DNA of 63,744 bases, filler included, from Bigelowiella natans CCMP2755 (GCA_000320545.1; 6 parts of 6 records of this genome joined end to end with filler, not necessarily neighbours in it); one strand, 5' to 3'; counted from the first letter of the whole stretch, positions 1 to 14,170 are shown. Numbers and translations are program-made. The notes: generated by a model from the sequence alone, not told the origin.

Positions 1-211
1 ACCTCAGGCAGCAGTCGTATGGCGAGGGGGGGCATCATGAGAGAGAGGCCGGATATGTGCTGCTGCTTGTGCGCATCTCCTGCCCCTTGGGAGGAGCGAA
101 AGAGGCCTACCAGCTTCGCCAGCATGTCTTCGGTGCTGCAAGGGGTGATGAGAAGGAAACCACGGTGATGATGCATGACTGTTGCGTTTGATGGAGATAT
201 AAGAGAGACAT

Positions 212-247
<36 letters not shown>

Positions 248-1051
248 CACTGATGATGATAATGATGCCGATAGTGTCTTGTGGGTGTGCTGCACTCATT
301 GCGTCGTCGTCTTCCCACCTTTCCTCTCCATTCGTGAACACTTGAGCGACGTGCGAGTTTTGGTAGAGATACAGCAATATCGTCGAAATGCCTTAGCACA
401 CACAAGATGTCAGGCTTTTCAACTGAGCGATCATACAGGTGGTAAAAGATGATAATCGGACTGCAGATGATAATACTCTTCGGGAGAATTAGTCTGCAAC
501 GCATAGAGGACATTTTGGGTATCTCTCCTCCCCTCCCCTCCCCCCCCCTCTTTCCCTCTTTATTTCTCTCTTTCCGTGTAAGCATGTTGGTGTGAAACGT
601 GCGTGTATACGCGTATGCATGAGAGATCATATGTGACATCTCGGGCCTCGAGCACCAACCTGAGTACGCAACAACCAGCGGCCACGCGCGAAACACTGAT
701 TGGCCGGGGTTTCGAGCGAAGAAATGCACCATTATTATCAGGGAGGACGAGAGGATATAGCCCAGTCTAAGCAGACAAGGATGGTGAGGATGAGGATGGC
801 GATAATGATACGCGGCGTGAAAGCATCATCGTAATACATAATTTAACGAGAGACACAGCAGCCAGCATGGCCATCGTCAAGTGTTTCGATAAAAGATCAC
901 TTGTTGGTGGACAATTCCTTACCTCAGGAGCGCTGGCCTTCCCACCAATGCTATGTGATAAAAACACAGAAGAAACACGATGCAAGCAGCAGAGCAGAAG
1001 TAAGATCAGATCTTTTTCAAGGTGCAAATCGAACGTCTCTGCTCTCATCAG

Positions 1052-1099
<48 letters not shown>

Positions 1100-1463
1100 A
1101 AGAATATATACCCAGCAGCATGATGGCTAGAGCTGCCACCCAAAGCAGAGAAGAGGTCAAAGTTGGATGCAGTTTCAGGTAATATCCGAACGATCTGTTG
1201 TTCCCTGTCGTGGTAGAACAAGAGTTAGGGGAAGCAGCAAAGCGTGAGTTTTTCCCCATTGTCACAACAAGAAAGTCAAGTTTTGATAGAGGGCAGGAGG
1301 CGGAGGTGGAGAGGGACGAGGGGGAGGACGGAGAGTTGTGATGAGTCTTTTAACGATAACATTGTAATAGTAACACATCAGCTCCTACGTTTGCTACGGT
1401 AAGACTCCAATGCCGACAGATGCAGGAGCGATCTGTATATACGACAACACATAAACATACTCG

Positions 1464-1497
<34 letters not shown>

Positions 1498-1827
1498 GTT
1501 TGTGTTTGTGTTTGTGTGGGGGGGGGGGGGGGGGGGATTAGCAAGTGAACATGATCCAATATGAACGTGGTAAGATGTAGCTAGCAACTGGGAGAAGAAT
1601 TGACGTGTCAATTTTAAAAATGGGTGGGGGAGTATATTGACTGCCATTTGGCGTTTGGGGTTTGTCGTGGTTTTGTTGTTGCACGGTTTCTTACACTTAC
1701 ACGAATAGAACGATAGTATGGGAGAAAGTCTGCTCCTTCCTTGTTCCGTAGCCGGGAAACTGCCTCCAGTCTCTCTGAAAAACTCCAAAGATCTCACATA
1801 TTCGGAGAGCGAAAATCGCACCGATGC

Positions 1828-1880
<53 letters not shown>

Positions 1881-1950
1881 ACAACAACACACGCGCATCA
1901 ATACATGCACACCGTAACACAGCAACACAGCCACCACACGCACGGACATA

Positions 1951-1993
<43 letters not shown>

Positions 1994-3629
1994 CTGAGCA
2001 CAAACACGATAGTAAGAGTTTTTATTTGCTATAGATACACATCATTTTTGGACCACATGATTACATGAATTCTCTTTTTCTCTCTCCCTCCCTCCCCCCA
2101 ATATCCAACCCTATCAACTCCCTCTACAACCCATCCATCATTTTCAATCGTTCATCACAGCATGATGATTCCCCTCAAGGCGTACAAAGCAGCAGCCGCA
2201 GCCCACGACACCTCCTACCTGTACACAACGACGAGGAGCCATATGCGAGAGCGTGTTCGCTTGCTCTGGAAGGCCAGGAGAGACAAAAACGCGGCGATGT
2301 AAATCTGCCCAAAATTGACAATCACAACGATGATCATGATTTCATGATGATGACGATGATGACGATGATGATGATGATGATTCAATTATGAAGAATAAAG
2401 TACGCTGTGTGCCGGGGTGACTCGATAGACGCACACGCCATACAGGACCGCCATCGCGGCCATTTCGCCGATGCCTCGCACCAAAAGAACCAAAATGCGA
2501 GTTAAACGGCGGAACCTAAAAAGTCGCAAAAGCATCGTAGCGTCACGCCAAAACACCGCACTGCCCTCACAAGCTGAATCCAGCACGGTCATCATCGCAT
2601 CTCTGCTGCCCTCTTTCAAAAAAATAAAATCTGAAGCTGCTTACTCCTTAGGAAGGAATAACTCAGGTGTGTTCCTTTTTGGGGAAACGTGATTCGATAT
2701 CAGGGAATACACAATTGTTTCACGTAAAACACAGATGGGTTCAGCTCCGCGTAATGACATCATAAATGACGATGTTGGGAGTCGCGCCGCGGAGCAAAAG
2801 CCACCTCTGGTGTGGAATATATATATCACTGGAAATTATGCATAAATTATATGTTCAATACACCACTGGGATTTAAGTCTGCGTGGACTATGTAGTATTT
2901 ACGAGTGATGCTACCCTCGAATAAGCTGCTGCATGATGCCTGATGGCTGGGGAGAGGATGATGAAGCATCAACATCGATGCGTGACAGCAGCCGTCGCTC
3001 CTTAGTCTCCTCCTCATTTTCATTTGTACTTTTAGTATCATTATTGTCATTATCACTTGGCGGACTATCCCGCTGCTGCTGCAGTGGGATCTTTCTACTT
3101 TTCGAATCAAAGGCACTGTCATTTCGCGGACGCTCATGGTCTAGGCCCTCCCCCGCTTGCACCTCCCCTCCCCCCGCGTAATGGTCAAGTTCGTGACTAT
3201 CTCCCGCCTCGGACGCTTGTCGATCGTCTAGAATCGCGGCGATTCGGTCGTATCCTGCGTTCCTGGAGAGCTGGGTAGCTGTCAGGCCATCGCCATTTCG
3301 CGCCGAGACGTTGAAAAGGTTGGTTGCTAGGAGAACATCCACTGTGCGGATGGCACCTGATGTGATAGGAGATCGCAACGAGCAAACAACGCCAGCATCG
3401 ATAAGAGACGGCGAAGCGCAGCGCAGGTGTCGCTACGATTGCAAGCGAAAGTACCACGCTTGCTATTGTTCACGAAATCACCGGTGCTTTTTTTGGTCTA
3501 AAGCACAGGCTACAGAAGGATATCATTGGCGTCTTCGCCTGGGCATCTGTATCGTTCTGGCAATAATCGATTGAAGAAATGCCAAAACTGCTCTTTTTTT
3601 TCCCTATCTCATTATTCTTTATTTCTTTC

Positions 3630-3680
<51 letters not shown>

Positions 3681-4726
3681 GTGCCTAAACTCGTCCATGG
3701 TGGTAAAGATTCGATGATCACATATTGATGCTGCTGCTGATGATGATGATAGTGATGATGATAGTGACGATGGTGTTCCCCACCTTCTCGAGCCGCTACA
3801 TGGAGGAGAGTCTGCTGTTGCCGAGGAGGAGGAGAAGGAGGGGTGGGGCGATGTTTTCCATCATTGTCCTCAGCATCTTTGAATTCCCTCTCGCCTATCG
3901 TCGGTTGTTCGGAACTCATCGTTTCTTGAGAATGAGCACCTTGCCTGCCCCCCGTCATCTCCCTCCTCAGGAAATCGGGGTGGGAATTGCACACTAGCCG
4001 GACGACTGAAATTGCAATTTCCGTCATCAGTGAAGGGGTTTTACATTCAGGTGTTGAAGGGGGGGGGGGGGTTAAGCGTGTGCGAAACGTGCACCTTTGT
4101 AGTCATCGTCGGTCGCAGCTTCAACTAGCAGCTCTCGAGCCATGATAACTTTGCTTTCGTTAATGGCTGTTGGAGAAAATACACAGTGTGTCCGTGCGTG
4201 TATGTGTGCGTGTGTGCGTGGGTGTGTGTGTGTGTATGTGTGTGTGTGTGTGTGTGTGTGCTTCTGAGCTACATCCCTCCTTCTTTCCCTAAACATCCTC
4301 CTCGACTCCTCCCCCCTGTTACCTTTACGAATGAGCTTAAGGCGGTGCGGTCGTGAGTAGCGGTGGAGAAAGCAAACGAAGACAGCAAAGAACACGACGG
4401 GGAGCAGGGATATCATAACCAGCATTCGTGGGGACACAAAGGGCGACGATGAGATGGAGGTGGAAGTTGGTGATGACAACGCTAACAGCCGCGAGGTTTC
4501 ACCGTCCTTCTCATCAAACATGTTTTCGATAGCGAAAATGTACTCGAGGAGGGAGATGCATGCTGCACATCTGATGGAAGAAGAAGAAGAAGAAGAAGAA
4601 GAAGAAGAAGAAGAAGAAGAAGGGGGGGAGAAATTGAATGAGAGATATGACTGAGTAATTTTGTCCAATTCTTCTCTCGCACGGATCTCTACGCTCTATG
4701 TTCAAAAGAATGTCTGTGGGCGTTTT

Positions 4727-4771
<45 letters not shown>

Positions 4772-5322
4772 GAGCTTGCAATCAGATACTGTTGCGCTTT
4801 TGCATGCAGGAGGGGATTGGTTAGCTATTACATCAGTGTGAAAATTGCCAGCATGAGCTGTGTCCTTGGTAAATGGAACTTCCACGCACAAATACCTGAC
4901 GCCCACCCACCCACGCAAATAACGCACAGACACACACACACGTTTTTATTATTTGTCTCAAAAATATAAGCTTGCAAGTTATTAGAGGAACAGAAAAGAG
5001 CCTAATCATCTCAACACAATATCATGTATGATAGCGTGGAGACGGCGACGATGCTAAAGGTGAAAGGGAATAGTCATCATCGACGAGGCATCAGCATCGT
5101 TCACACTCCAACTTCTACTCTTATTTTTCATTCTTCTTATCGTCTTTGCTGTCCACGCACAGAAGAGCAAAAGCGGGAGCAGCAGCAGCGGGAACAGCGC
5201 TTTCAGGGACAGGGCAGCGAAATACGCCGAGGCAAACGCTAGGAACTGAGCGAACTGCTTGTTAGATTATCACAATCATGAGGGTGGGTGATGGAGAGCC
5301 TGGCCGAGAAAAGGGGAGTATG

Positions 5323-5369
<47 letters not shown>

Positions 5370-6023
5370 TTCGTGTTTATTTGCTGAAGTAACCGGAAGC
5401 AGCGTCCTAATGACCCAGCGCGTCAGTATCTTAGGGGGGGGGGATGGAGCAGCTCCCTCACCCCCTCTTGTGTCCTGTTTGCAGCATCACGAAGTATTTC
5501 ATGATGATGAAAATGATGATGAATAAGGAATTGGGGGGGAGGAGGCGGAGCACACTGGCATATGAATAGATATTGATGATGATAATAAGGGAGATTTGGA
5601 TCCAAATCGGTTGATTTCATTATCCACTGTCGAACCTGTCGCGACGATAGGGGAAGCAACATGTCTCCTCCTTCTTCCTCTCCCCCCCCAGCAGCTGCTG
5701 CAGCAGCAGCAGCAGCAGCCAATCGGTACAATGCCGCAGTGGTGGGGATGAGAGCCACTTCTGCAGCTATAAATGCGATGGTTAATAAACACTCGGAAAG
5801 AGATCTAGGCTGTGGCCTCAGCGGGCGGATGAAGAAAATCCCGACGAAGTCCGGCATCGGTGGGGGGGAGAGCATGGCAAAGATGAAGGGAATGTTGTAC
5901 AGATACCTAGTTGTTGGAGATGTTGAAGAGCAGTTGTTACGATGGTGGACGGAACATCGCCATCGTTCATGAAAATTGCTTTCGATTTTTATACGCACGT
6001 TCTCACATATGTACACTTGGAGA

Positions 6024-6063
<40 letters not shown>

Positions 6064-6470
6064 TATGGTATACATAACGAGGGAGGCACGATACGTTATC
6101 ACGAGATGAGCGACGGAAAAGAGGCCTGTGGCATTCAAAATCCTCCTCCGGAGGTCAAGCGCCCATTTCGCGTTGTAGTAATCTCCAGCACTGAGAGCGA
6201 TGATTGTCCCCAAGAACGCCATCATGTGCGGAATTGCCAAGATCGACATTCCGCACACGCCTGCCACCAGCATCAGAGCCGTCGCTAAACCCTCATATCT
6301 TGAAAGCCACCGCAGCATTAGGGGAGGGGAAGATGCAGAGGATCATCGAGACCAAATTTAATTAATTATTGAACGATTCAAGGATGCGTATGCTGTGTAT
6401 AAATGTTCATGTGAGGCGGAAGCAGAGAGGGAAGCCATGTCGACACACACAGACAGAGTGAGAGAAAGAA

Positions 6471-6519
<49 letters not shown>

Positions 6520-7342
6520 GGGGGGGGGCAGAGGGATAGAAAAGAGAGAGATAAATTAATAGAGTTGTCATCGCATAAAACTTACATCTGACGGGTGAAA
6601 TACATCTTTGTTGCAGCCCTTTCTCTTCTTCTAGTGTACCCACGGTCGTGATGCAAAGAGCGGAGAACAGCGACGCTCGCGACTAAAACTGTCAAATCCG
6701 GAAGCACTGCCAAAAGATCTTGTATGTTCTCCAGAGAGCTCACACCGATAGACTGCAGGGGTAAGGTGAGTAAGCAAAGAGAAAGCAAAGGTTACGACAA
6801 CTTTTCCCCCTCATACAACGATAGGTTCTAGGTAGCTAGCAAAAGGTTGGATGATGTTCCATTCACCGGGAGGTTGTTGTCGTAAGCAGCTTGTGCTTCT
6901 TCAGTGAGTGATGCATAAAGAGTCGCAACAATTATATGGCCAAGCACAGCCGAACTGGAAAATGCGAGCAAACTCCAATAATAAATTGCATGGATATGCA
7001 CGCGTCCTCTCCCTTCGTGGTCCTGATGAAAGTAGGGGGGAATCACGTCCGAAACTGCGCGCCGTCAGCGGCTTTTTCAGCATAGAATCAACATCATTTC
7101 GTACCTCCCTGCTAGAGACTTTACGCAATAGCGTTGGATTATACGTTTGGCAAAGCCAGAAGATCCCGTACCTTTCACAAGTATCAGTAAACTTGACGTT
7201 ACCCACAAGGCTACTACAATTCCTTATCGACGCTAAATGGAAATCATTTCTCATCTTACCCTAGAGAGATGAGATTGGCTCGACAACAGGTGGCGAAGAG
7301 GAGTACGGCAGGCAACCCCCATTCCATCAGCATCGTCCTCAT
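1..7342 (-). CDS. PIEZO: Piezo-type mechanosensitive channel, N-terminal part (about five transmembrane helical units), multi-exon, runs off the left edge; contains an ankyrin-repeat insert
   Basis: ATG at 7342 opens MRTMLMEWGLPAVLLFATCCRANLISLG|YGIFWLC, like the Piezo1 N-terminus (LLPCALLAACLLRFSGLSLVYLLF). Later exons follow in order: SIGVSSLENIQDLLAVLPDLTVLVAS (cf. HIGVTRL..IRLVAPDLGILVVS); ATALMLVAGV..GLFSVAHLVITYLYNIP (cf. LLALAGI..GCFGAGHLICLYCYQMP); LLEYIFAIE; IYIAAFLSLLAFQ..IWLLVVVY (cf. VYMFLFLLCLTLFQ..FWWLVVAY). Piezo1 sequence recalled, not aligned computationally. Confidence 0.8.
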
Positions 7343-7720
7343 CGCGACTCAGCTGCGAAGCTGACGAACAAATATTGAGCCTAAGCTTCTGTTCGCGTGT
7401 GCCCCATTGATGCAGGTCCAGCCCGGGTAATATTTTTAAATTTCAAAATAAAACCCGGTAATACATGCCGTCTTTTATCAGCGACAATCTAAAAAGCCAA
7501 TCTGCACGATTGGGCCGAAATATTGATTTTTATGCCCATTTTCTGGAGAGGGACTCATGATGTCCAGCCGCAGGAAAGAAACGACATGCACTAGGGAGGT
7601 ATGATATTTGAGGCATCTTCGCTTGAAACAATGCCTTTTTTGGGGAACGACATCAAAGTTTTGGCCCTTTGAGAAGGATGAGGATTGCACTAATCGCCCT
7701 GGCACCACCCCCAGCCACCA

Positions 7721-9090
7721 ATGTCACAAGATCCTGCGCTCTCAGCATCCGGGTCAGGGGACCCTGGATCGAATAAAACAGCCAATGCAGACGAAGTTAA
7801 ACAAGGAGGGGAAGAAAATCCACTCAAACCAAAATTCGAGGTACTGCATAATGGTGCTTCCCGGTGTGTGCGTGCGGGTGGGAACGTGTCATCATGCTCC
7901 CTGCCTGATTTGAGCTCAGCAAGTCGTACTATAAATATACAGGGGATTACAAAGCGCATGCAGGTGGTTGTTGATGAGATCAAGTCCTCTCGAAAGGTAC
8001 AAATGCGCTTCGCTCGCCTCTATTTCGTACTCGTTGACCCATGGTTGCTGCACAGCCAACGCTCGTAGCTGTCAGCAAGATGAAACCTAGCGAAGCTGTA
8101 AAGGAGGCGTATGATCTGGGGCACCGCCATTTTGGCGAGAACTATGTAACAACACAAAAGATTCTCTCCGCAATGAAATGGCAATGATTGTCTGAAATGC
8201 TCCTGCTGCGTTTTCCACACACCTAGGTGCAGGAGTTGGTCAAGAAAAGCAAAGAGGTTTTGTGCTGTGCTACATGTGAAACACTCCATCCACCAGAATC
8301 AAAGTTTAATGACCATCAGTGTAAGATGTAATGCGACCCGGTTTGCTGTTGGCATCGCGCCCCCCCCCCTCCAATCATGAAGTTGGTGTTGTATTCCATC
8401 ATTATGTTCGTCAGCTGCCGAAGGATATTAAGTGGCACTTTATTGGACACCTGCAGTCTAACAAAGCACGACATGTTGTAGGTTAGTAAGTGGGGTGGGA
8501 AAACAAAAGGGAAGGGTTACGATGGTAAAAGAAGTGAGTGCAGCGGCAACCCTGAGGGCTGCCAGCAGCCAAATACTTACCAACATATTCATCGTTATCA
8601 TCATCATCTTCTCCATCTCCCCCTCCTCCTATTTCCAGGAATAGAGAACCTTCATATGCTAGAAACTCTCGACAGCGTGAAGCTTGCCAACATCGTAAAC
8701 CGGATCTCTGGGGAGATGGACAAGGTTTGGGGAGGGGTTAGAAGTGAGAATGCGGGTCGGGTTGTTGGAATGATGATTAGTGTTCACAACATATCTGTCA
8801 GGGTCTGTTTATAGTATTAGTATTTGATATCGATAATAATACATTGTGACTCATATTTCTTATGTCATTTCACCCTTTACAGAAGCTTAAAGTGCTCGTT
8901 CAAGTAAATACGAGCGGTGAGAGCCAAAAGTACGGAGTCTCTCCCGCAGATTGTGTGGCCATGGTCAAGCACGTTATCGAAAACTGCCAGAACCTCATCT
9001 TTTCAGGACTGATGACGATCGGAGACTACAGGTCACAAATTTTTCCCTGAACTCGCAGCATATTCACATCTCATTATCATCATCATCATC

Positions 9091-9123
<33 letters not shown>

Positions 9124-9392
9124 CACATCATCACGTAAGCATGTGAATATAAGCATGTGAATATGAGAAAAAGAATTGTCTGAACAGCGCAATTCCAAAG
9201 CCGGATTGCTTCGAGCGATTGAACGCCTGCAAGACCAAAGTAGAAAAGGAATTAGGGGTCGACATGAGCAAGAAGGAAATGTCAATGGGAATGTCTGCAG
9301 ATTTCGAACTCGCGATAAAACTAGGAAGCACGAGCGTCAGGGTCGGGAGTGCACTTTTCGGCGCACGGGACTACAGCAAGAAAAAAAAGTAA
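7721..9392 (+). CDS. PLPBP: Pyridoxal phosphate homeostasis protein (PLPBP/PROSC/YggS family), about 7 exons
   Basis: Exons encode [18 protein letters not shown]|[47 protein letters not shown] and [32 protein letters not shown]; stop TAA at 9390-9392. Confidence 0.95.
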
Positions 9393-9931
9393 CAAGCTAT
9401 TAAAAGCTAGGGTGGATTACTGTCACAGTTTTTAATTAATTTGAGAATCATCCAACGTCTCGAAACTTGCTGTGCATGAGCCCCAAATACTACGCGCCAC
9501 GCTCCCCCTAAGCAGTTGTGCGCACGCTAAACGCACATGCCGCGGTATTTACCCTTGACTATGCGCTATTGCTCTGGTCCACATATACGCGTCGACATTA
9601 TTCCATTCCGTATATTAGTGTCAGCACCACTTTGACAATATAAACAAAAATGTTATTGCTTGTTTGTGCCTGATCGTAGCTTTTGGTTATACTGCTACAT
9701 TTCAATAATGTCACAGTTCGATTCGAGCGAACTATCTTCTTGCTGCTCATGGTCATGCATGCTTAGTAAATGGAGGCATGTAGATCTAGGTGTAATCCAT
9801 AGTTATTGTGTTACATTATCATTGCTATTATTGGAATGACAACTGGCGATTATCTGCATACATATATAGGGCAAGAAACACACCCTGAAATGTGCATATG
9901 TGATTATCCCGCTGAATTTTGTGAAATAATT

Positions 9932-11482
9932 TTACATGTCCTCTAAGTTATCATCCAATGAGAAATCTTTTAGGAGGTCGCCTTCATCAAGCTCGAACAT
10001 CGCTTCTTCTTCGTCTAGTTTATTTAGCATACCCTCCTCTGCATCCAATTTGTTGAGGAGTTCCTCTGCTTCGTCGAGTTCTGGGAAACCTCCGTCATCA
10101 TCTAAATCTTCCTGTTCTCCTCCATCCATTTTGTCCTTACCATCGTTTGGATCGCCTAAGTTTTCAAGATCATCTAAGCTTCCTAGATCGTCTAAGTTAG
10201 GCGTCGCACCGATATCTCCAATATCGTTCAGGTCCGTATCTAAATCTTTAGCCGTCTCTTCAATCTCACTACGACGCTCAGCTGTCTCTTTGCTTGTCTT
10301 GGCATCTTCCTCCTTCCCGGCCTTATTTGATGCCGTTGATTTCACAACACTTCTGGCGGATATCGCTGACATCGGCGAGGACGAAGAAGTTGCCATAGAG
10401 ATCTGCTTCCCATGGGATTCATTCTTTGAGGACCTTTTCCCCTTTTTCTTTTTCCTCGTGAGTGTTGCCCCCGACTTAATCTTTCCGGTCATTTTGGGCG
10501 GATTTAAGATGTGGGGATGAGTTTCTTGTATCTCTTCCTTTACTGTTTTGCCACGCCGCTTCTTCTTCATTTTCTTTTTAATGGACAACTTTTTTGGCGA
10601 TGCTCTTTCATCGGCACTTGCGTCGTTCATAATGCGTGGTATGGTGACCTTCAATTCGCCGTTTGTACTTTTCTCATGCGGCTGGATAGACCTGGCCTCT
10701 TTTTCTGGACTTGGAGATACCGCAGTCTTCTTTACGGCACTTTTCCTTTTTTTCCGGGGAGTTTGTTTCTTGTTTCGCTTTTGGACCATTTTATTGTACT
10801 CTTTCTGGATGAAGTAAAAGGGTTTGAGCGGAATTCGTTCATACTTTAGAGCTCATCATCACAATGTGTTGAAATGTATTTGTAAGGCATTTACCCCCAT
10901 TTAAATCGTTTGTATATTATCACCTTCAGCTCTGGGTATTGTCTCAGACTCACCCTTAGAAAATTGGAAGCCTCCCCGGCTTTCCCTTTCACTTTGTCCG
11001 ATGTGGCACCTCTTGGTGAGAATGGTGAATGTACACGTTCCAAAGTCGATGTTGCTCTAGGCGAGAACGCTGGGTGTTCACGTTCCACAGCACTGCGACT
11101 CTATGAATGCAAAGATGTAAATGTAAACTAAAAGTAAATTCCTGTGTCATGTCAATTAAATAAGCATTTACTGCAGCGGCGGATGGGCTCGTCCGCGCAG
11201 TTGAGGATTTCTTTTTCTTTTTGCTTCGCGTTTTCCTCTCAGATTTTCGTGAAGAATTCACCGGGGACTAAGAATTGTCACAAAATATACTTTCAACAAA
11301 CACAGGTTGTCCTTACTTCTTTAATCGTGGCTCACCTGGAGCTCAGGGTAGCAAGTCAGGCTCGCACGCAGAACAGATTGCCCTCTCAGCGGGGGCACGA
11401 CAACTTTCGCATGGACCCTGAGGTTCTCATGCCAATCAGCTGTGGTCTTTTTCCGTTTAGAGTCCGGGGTACTCGAAGACAT
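9932..11482 (-). CDS. Hypothetical protein, 4 exons, Lys-rich middle and acidic D/E/L-rich C-terminus
   Basis: ATG at 11482 (MSSSTPDSKRKK...YPELQ|gt). GT-AG splicing links in frame to the 285-aa terminal ORF 9932-10789. Confidence 0.65.
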
Positions 11483-12322
11483 CCTCTATCGAACAGGACC
11501 AGCCCCCCCCCCCAAACCAACAGTTGCCTGCAGTGGTAGCGACCCTGTGTCTTTTTTACGTGACCAACGGGTAGGAAATAGTATGGTCCGTTTTTCCCCT
11601 TACGTCAGGCCGAAAAAGATAATTTCAGGGAAAATCGCCTATGTTGTTTCTCTTTGATCGCCCCGATGCCCCGATGGAGAAGCTGGTGCATCTCGAATAT
11701 TTTGGAAAGAATGGAAAGGGATTTTGTCATTGCGACATCCAAATTCTTGGATTATGCTAGTATCGCGCAGCGCAGATTTCCACTTTTCCATCTGATTTGT
11801 TCCGAGGTAGTTAGTCAGTGTGCGCCCTCGCTAGAAAGAGCGCAGAAGCCTATCAGGAGGACGCACTTGAGTTTGCATTCGACCGAAGCATGGTTAGCAT
11901 CTATCGCTTGAATCACCTTGCATGCCAGCATCACACGAGAAGTGGCCGCACAGACGCAGGGCGGGGCGCACACGGTGATGTCCTGACAGAGGAAGGCGTG
12001 AGCATCCTAAAATGACTTTTGTCGGCTACATGTTCGACTGTGTACTCTGTGCCGAGCGAGCTAAGTCTGCTAAGACAAGCGCGCCCTACGCAAAAACACA
12101 GGTTGGCATTTGCGCACACGCCCTGCATGCATGCTAGCGTGCATGCGATCGATGCAAGACTCATGCTAGCATGCCAAAGGGTGCACAAGGCGTACGCGAG
12201 CTCGGACAGTAGCGAAAACGTAGCACCATTTGCTGTTACTCGGCGAACGTGCATGAACTTAAAAGTGTACATTTGGTGCTTGCAAAGTACGTAAACCTGC
12301 ACAGTTATCAACATCTCTTCAT

Positions 12323-12832
12323 TCAGCATGCGTTATTCATTCTACTGCTGGCGCGGCTCCGCGGCGCCGCCCTTGACGAACCTACATGTGACGATGAGGC
12401 GCTATTCGCCGACATGTAGCCACTTGTATCTGTCATATGGGTTCTTGCTGCTCTAGCTGCCCTGCCAGCTGCTTCCGCTGCTGGCTGCACCTTCTTCTGC
12501 AATTGCTCGAGGGTGACACGGTTTCTCATTGCCTGGCGGGCCTCCTCGGAATCGCTGTCGCCGTCCCAAGTTCCCCCCCTCTCCAGCCTGACCAACAAAT
12601 AACGCAATCTTCCTCAAAACGGCATGGATGTCTGTATTTGGCAAATAAGTAGCCTCGCGTGCTGTCGGTACCGTGATACGAATTTCTCCATGAGAGCAGT
12701 CTTTTCCGGCGTCATTACGATCTCCTGTAGTGCAAAACAGAGTAGTAAGAGGAATGACGCGCTAAACATACCAGCACAACATCACGACAATGATCACGCG
12801 GGGAAAGACAATGGATGCTGCCAGAGCTGTGA

Positions 12833-12873
<41 letters not shown>

Positions 12874-13907
12874 CTATTTACACATTGATTATAATGAAGG
12901 AAATGACGGGAACTACTGGCTCTCTACTGCAACAATATTAACAAAAAGCAGCCTGCAGGATGTGTGTATATCATAATAAGTGTAGGTAGGTATTGTCGAA
13001 GCACATCTTCGGTCCAGCCCTCGATCTCAGGTATCTTGGATCCATTCAAGTACTCCTCCGCACCGAATATCAGCCGTGTCGGTGCTAGTTTAAACTTCTC
13101 ATGTTTCTCTTTCTTCTTGACCTCCTCCTCTCCGTCCTCCGCAGAGCTGCTCGCATGCACATAAATATTAATATATAACATGCCTAGATAACATTGTAAC
13201 GTGTGTTGAAACTTAGGCAGATATTGCACCGCTTTTGTGGATATTTTACTTTCTAAACCCACACCGCTCTAACTGCCGAAGCCATTCAAAAAGAACAAAC
13301 ACCATCCCCACCACCACCACCACCACCACCACTGAGCGAAGATGAAGAGTCCAGATCGTCGCCATGGTCTCTCCGATATAGCAATGTTTCGGCACGGAAC
13401 TGGTGATGTGTGGAAGGATATATAAATATATAGATGTGCGTGTGTGCGTGTGTGTGTGTGTGCGCGCGCGCGCGCGCGCGTCGTATCGTGTCTGTCTATT
13501 CCCCGAGAAAAGGGAGGCCTACTTACTTTGCTTGTGTTTAATTCGTACTCCGCAAATGCGCTGTAGCAGCCAACGGCCTCAGCACATTCCGCCATCCTGA
13601 GGAAGTTTCGAGCGACGTTCGTTTAAACAGAAGAGCACGCTAGGGGGGAGGGGGGGCGGATTGGATTGTTGTGTTGCGATGTGTTGTGTTGTGTTATGTC
13701 GCGTTGTGTTGTATTGAGGCGTTGGTTCGATCCTACTCTCGAGAGCCTGTGAAGAAGAGAACACGGGAATCCTCCACATTTATCAGCGACCGGAGAGCTG
13801 CGTATGCCTGAGCCAAATATGTGATGATGACGATGATGATGATGATGATGAAGATTATCATGATACGATAGAGCGTATTCATAGTAGTGTTGGTGGTGGT
13901 GGTGGTG

Positions 13908-13948
<41 letters not shown>

Positions 13949-13993
13949 CACTATGCCTGCAAAACATTTCCCTCCTTTTGTTATATCCATGTG

Positions 13994-14036
<43 letters not shown>

Positions 14037-14170
14037 TTTATTTATATATTGATTTTTGTGTTTGTGTGTGTGAGAGAGAGAGAGAGAGAGAGGAAGTGGT
14101 GTTTGTTTGCTCCTTGACCTGTACGGAGTCTTGTTCGTGCAACTGCACATGATGGACGCAGAAGCTCGCC
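12323..14170 (-). CDS. Hypothetical multi-exon protein, 5' end uncertain
   Basis: Several exon-like coding blocks between microsatellite-rich introns (AYAALRSLINVEDSRVLFFTG; FKLAPTRLIFGAEEYLNGSKIPEIEGW; terminal ORF 12323-12607). No family recognised. Confidence 0.45.

Noticed and set aside
1378-2068. ORFs with THTH/VCVC/ERER/YIYI runs, here and throughout
   Set aside because: Translations of intronic microsatellites.
9936-10520. 194-aa Ser-rich plus-strand ORF
   Set aside because: Antisense shadow of the acidic minus-strand exon.
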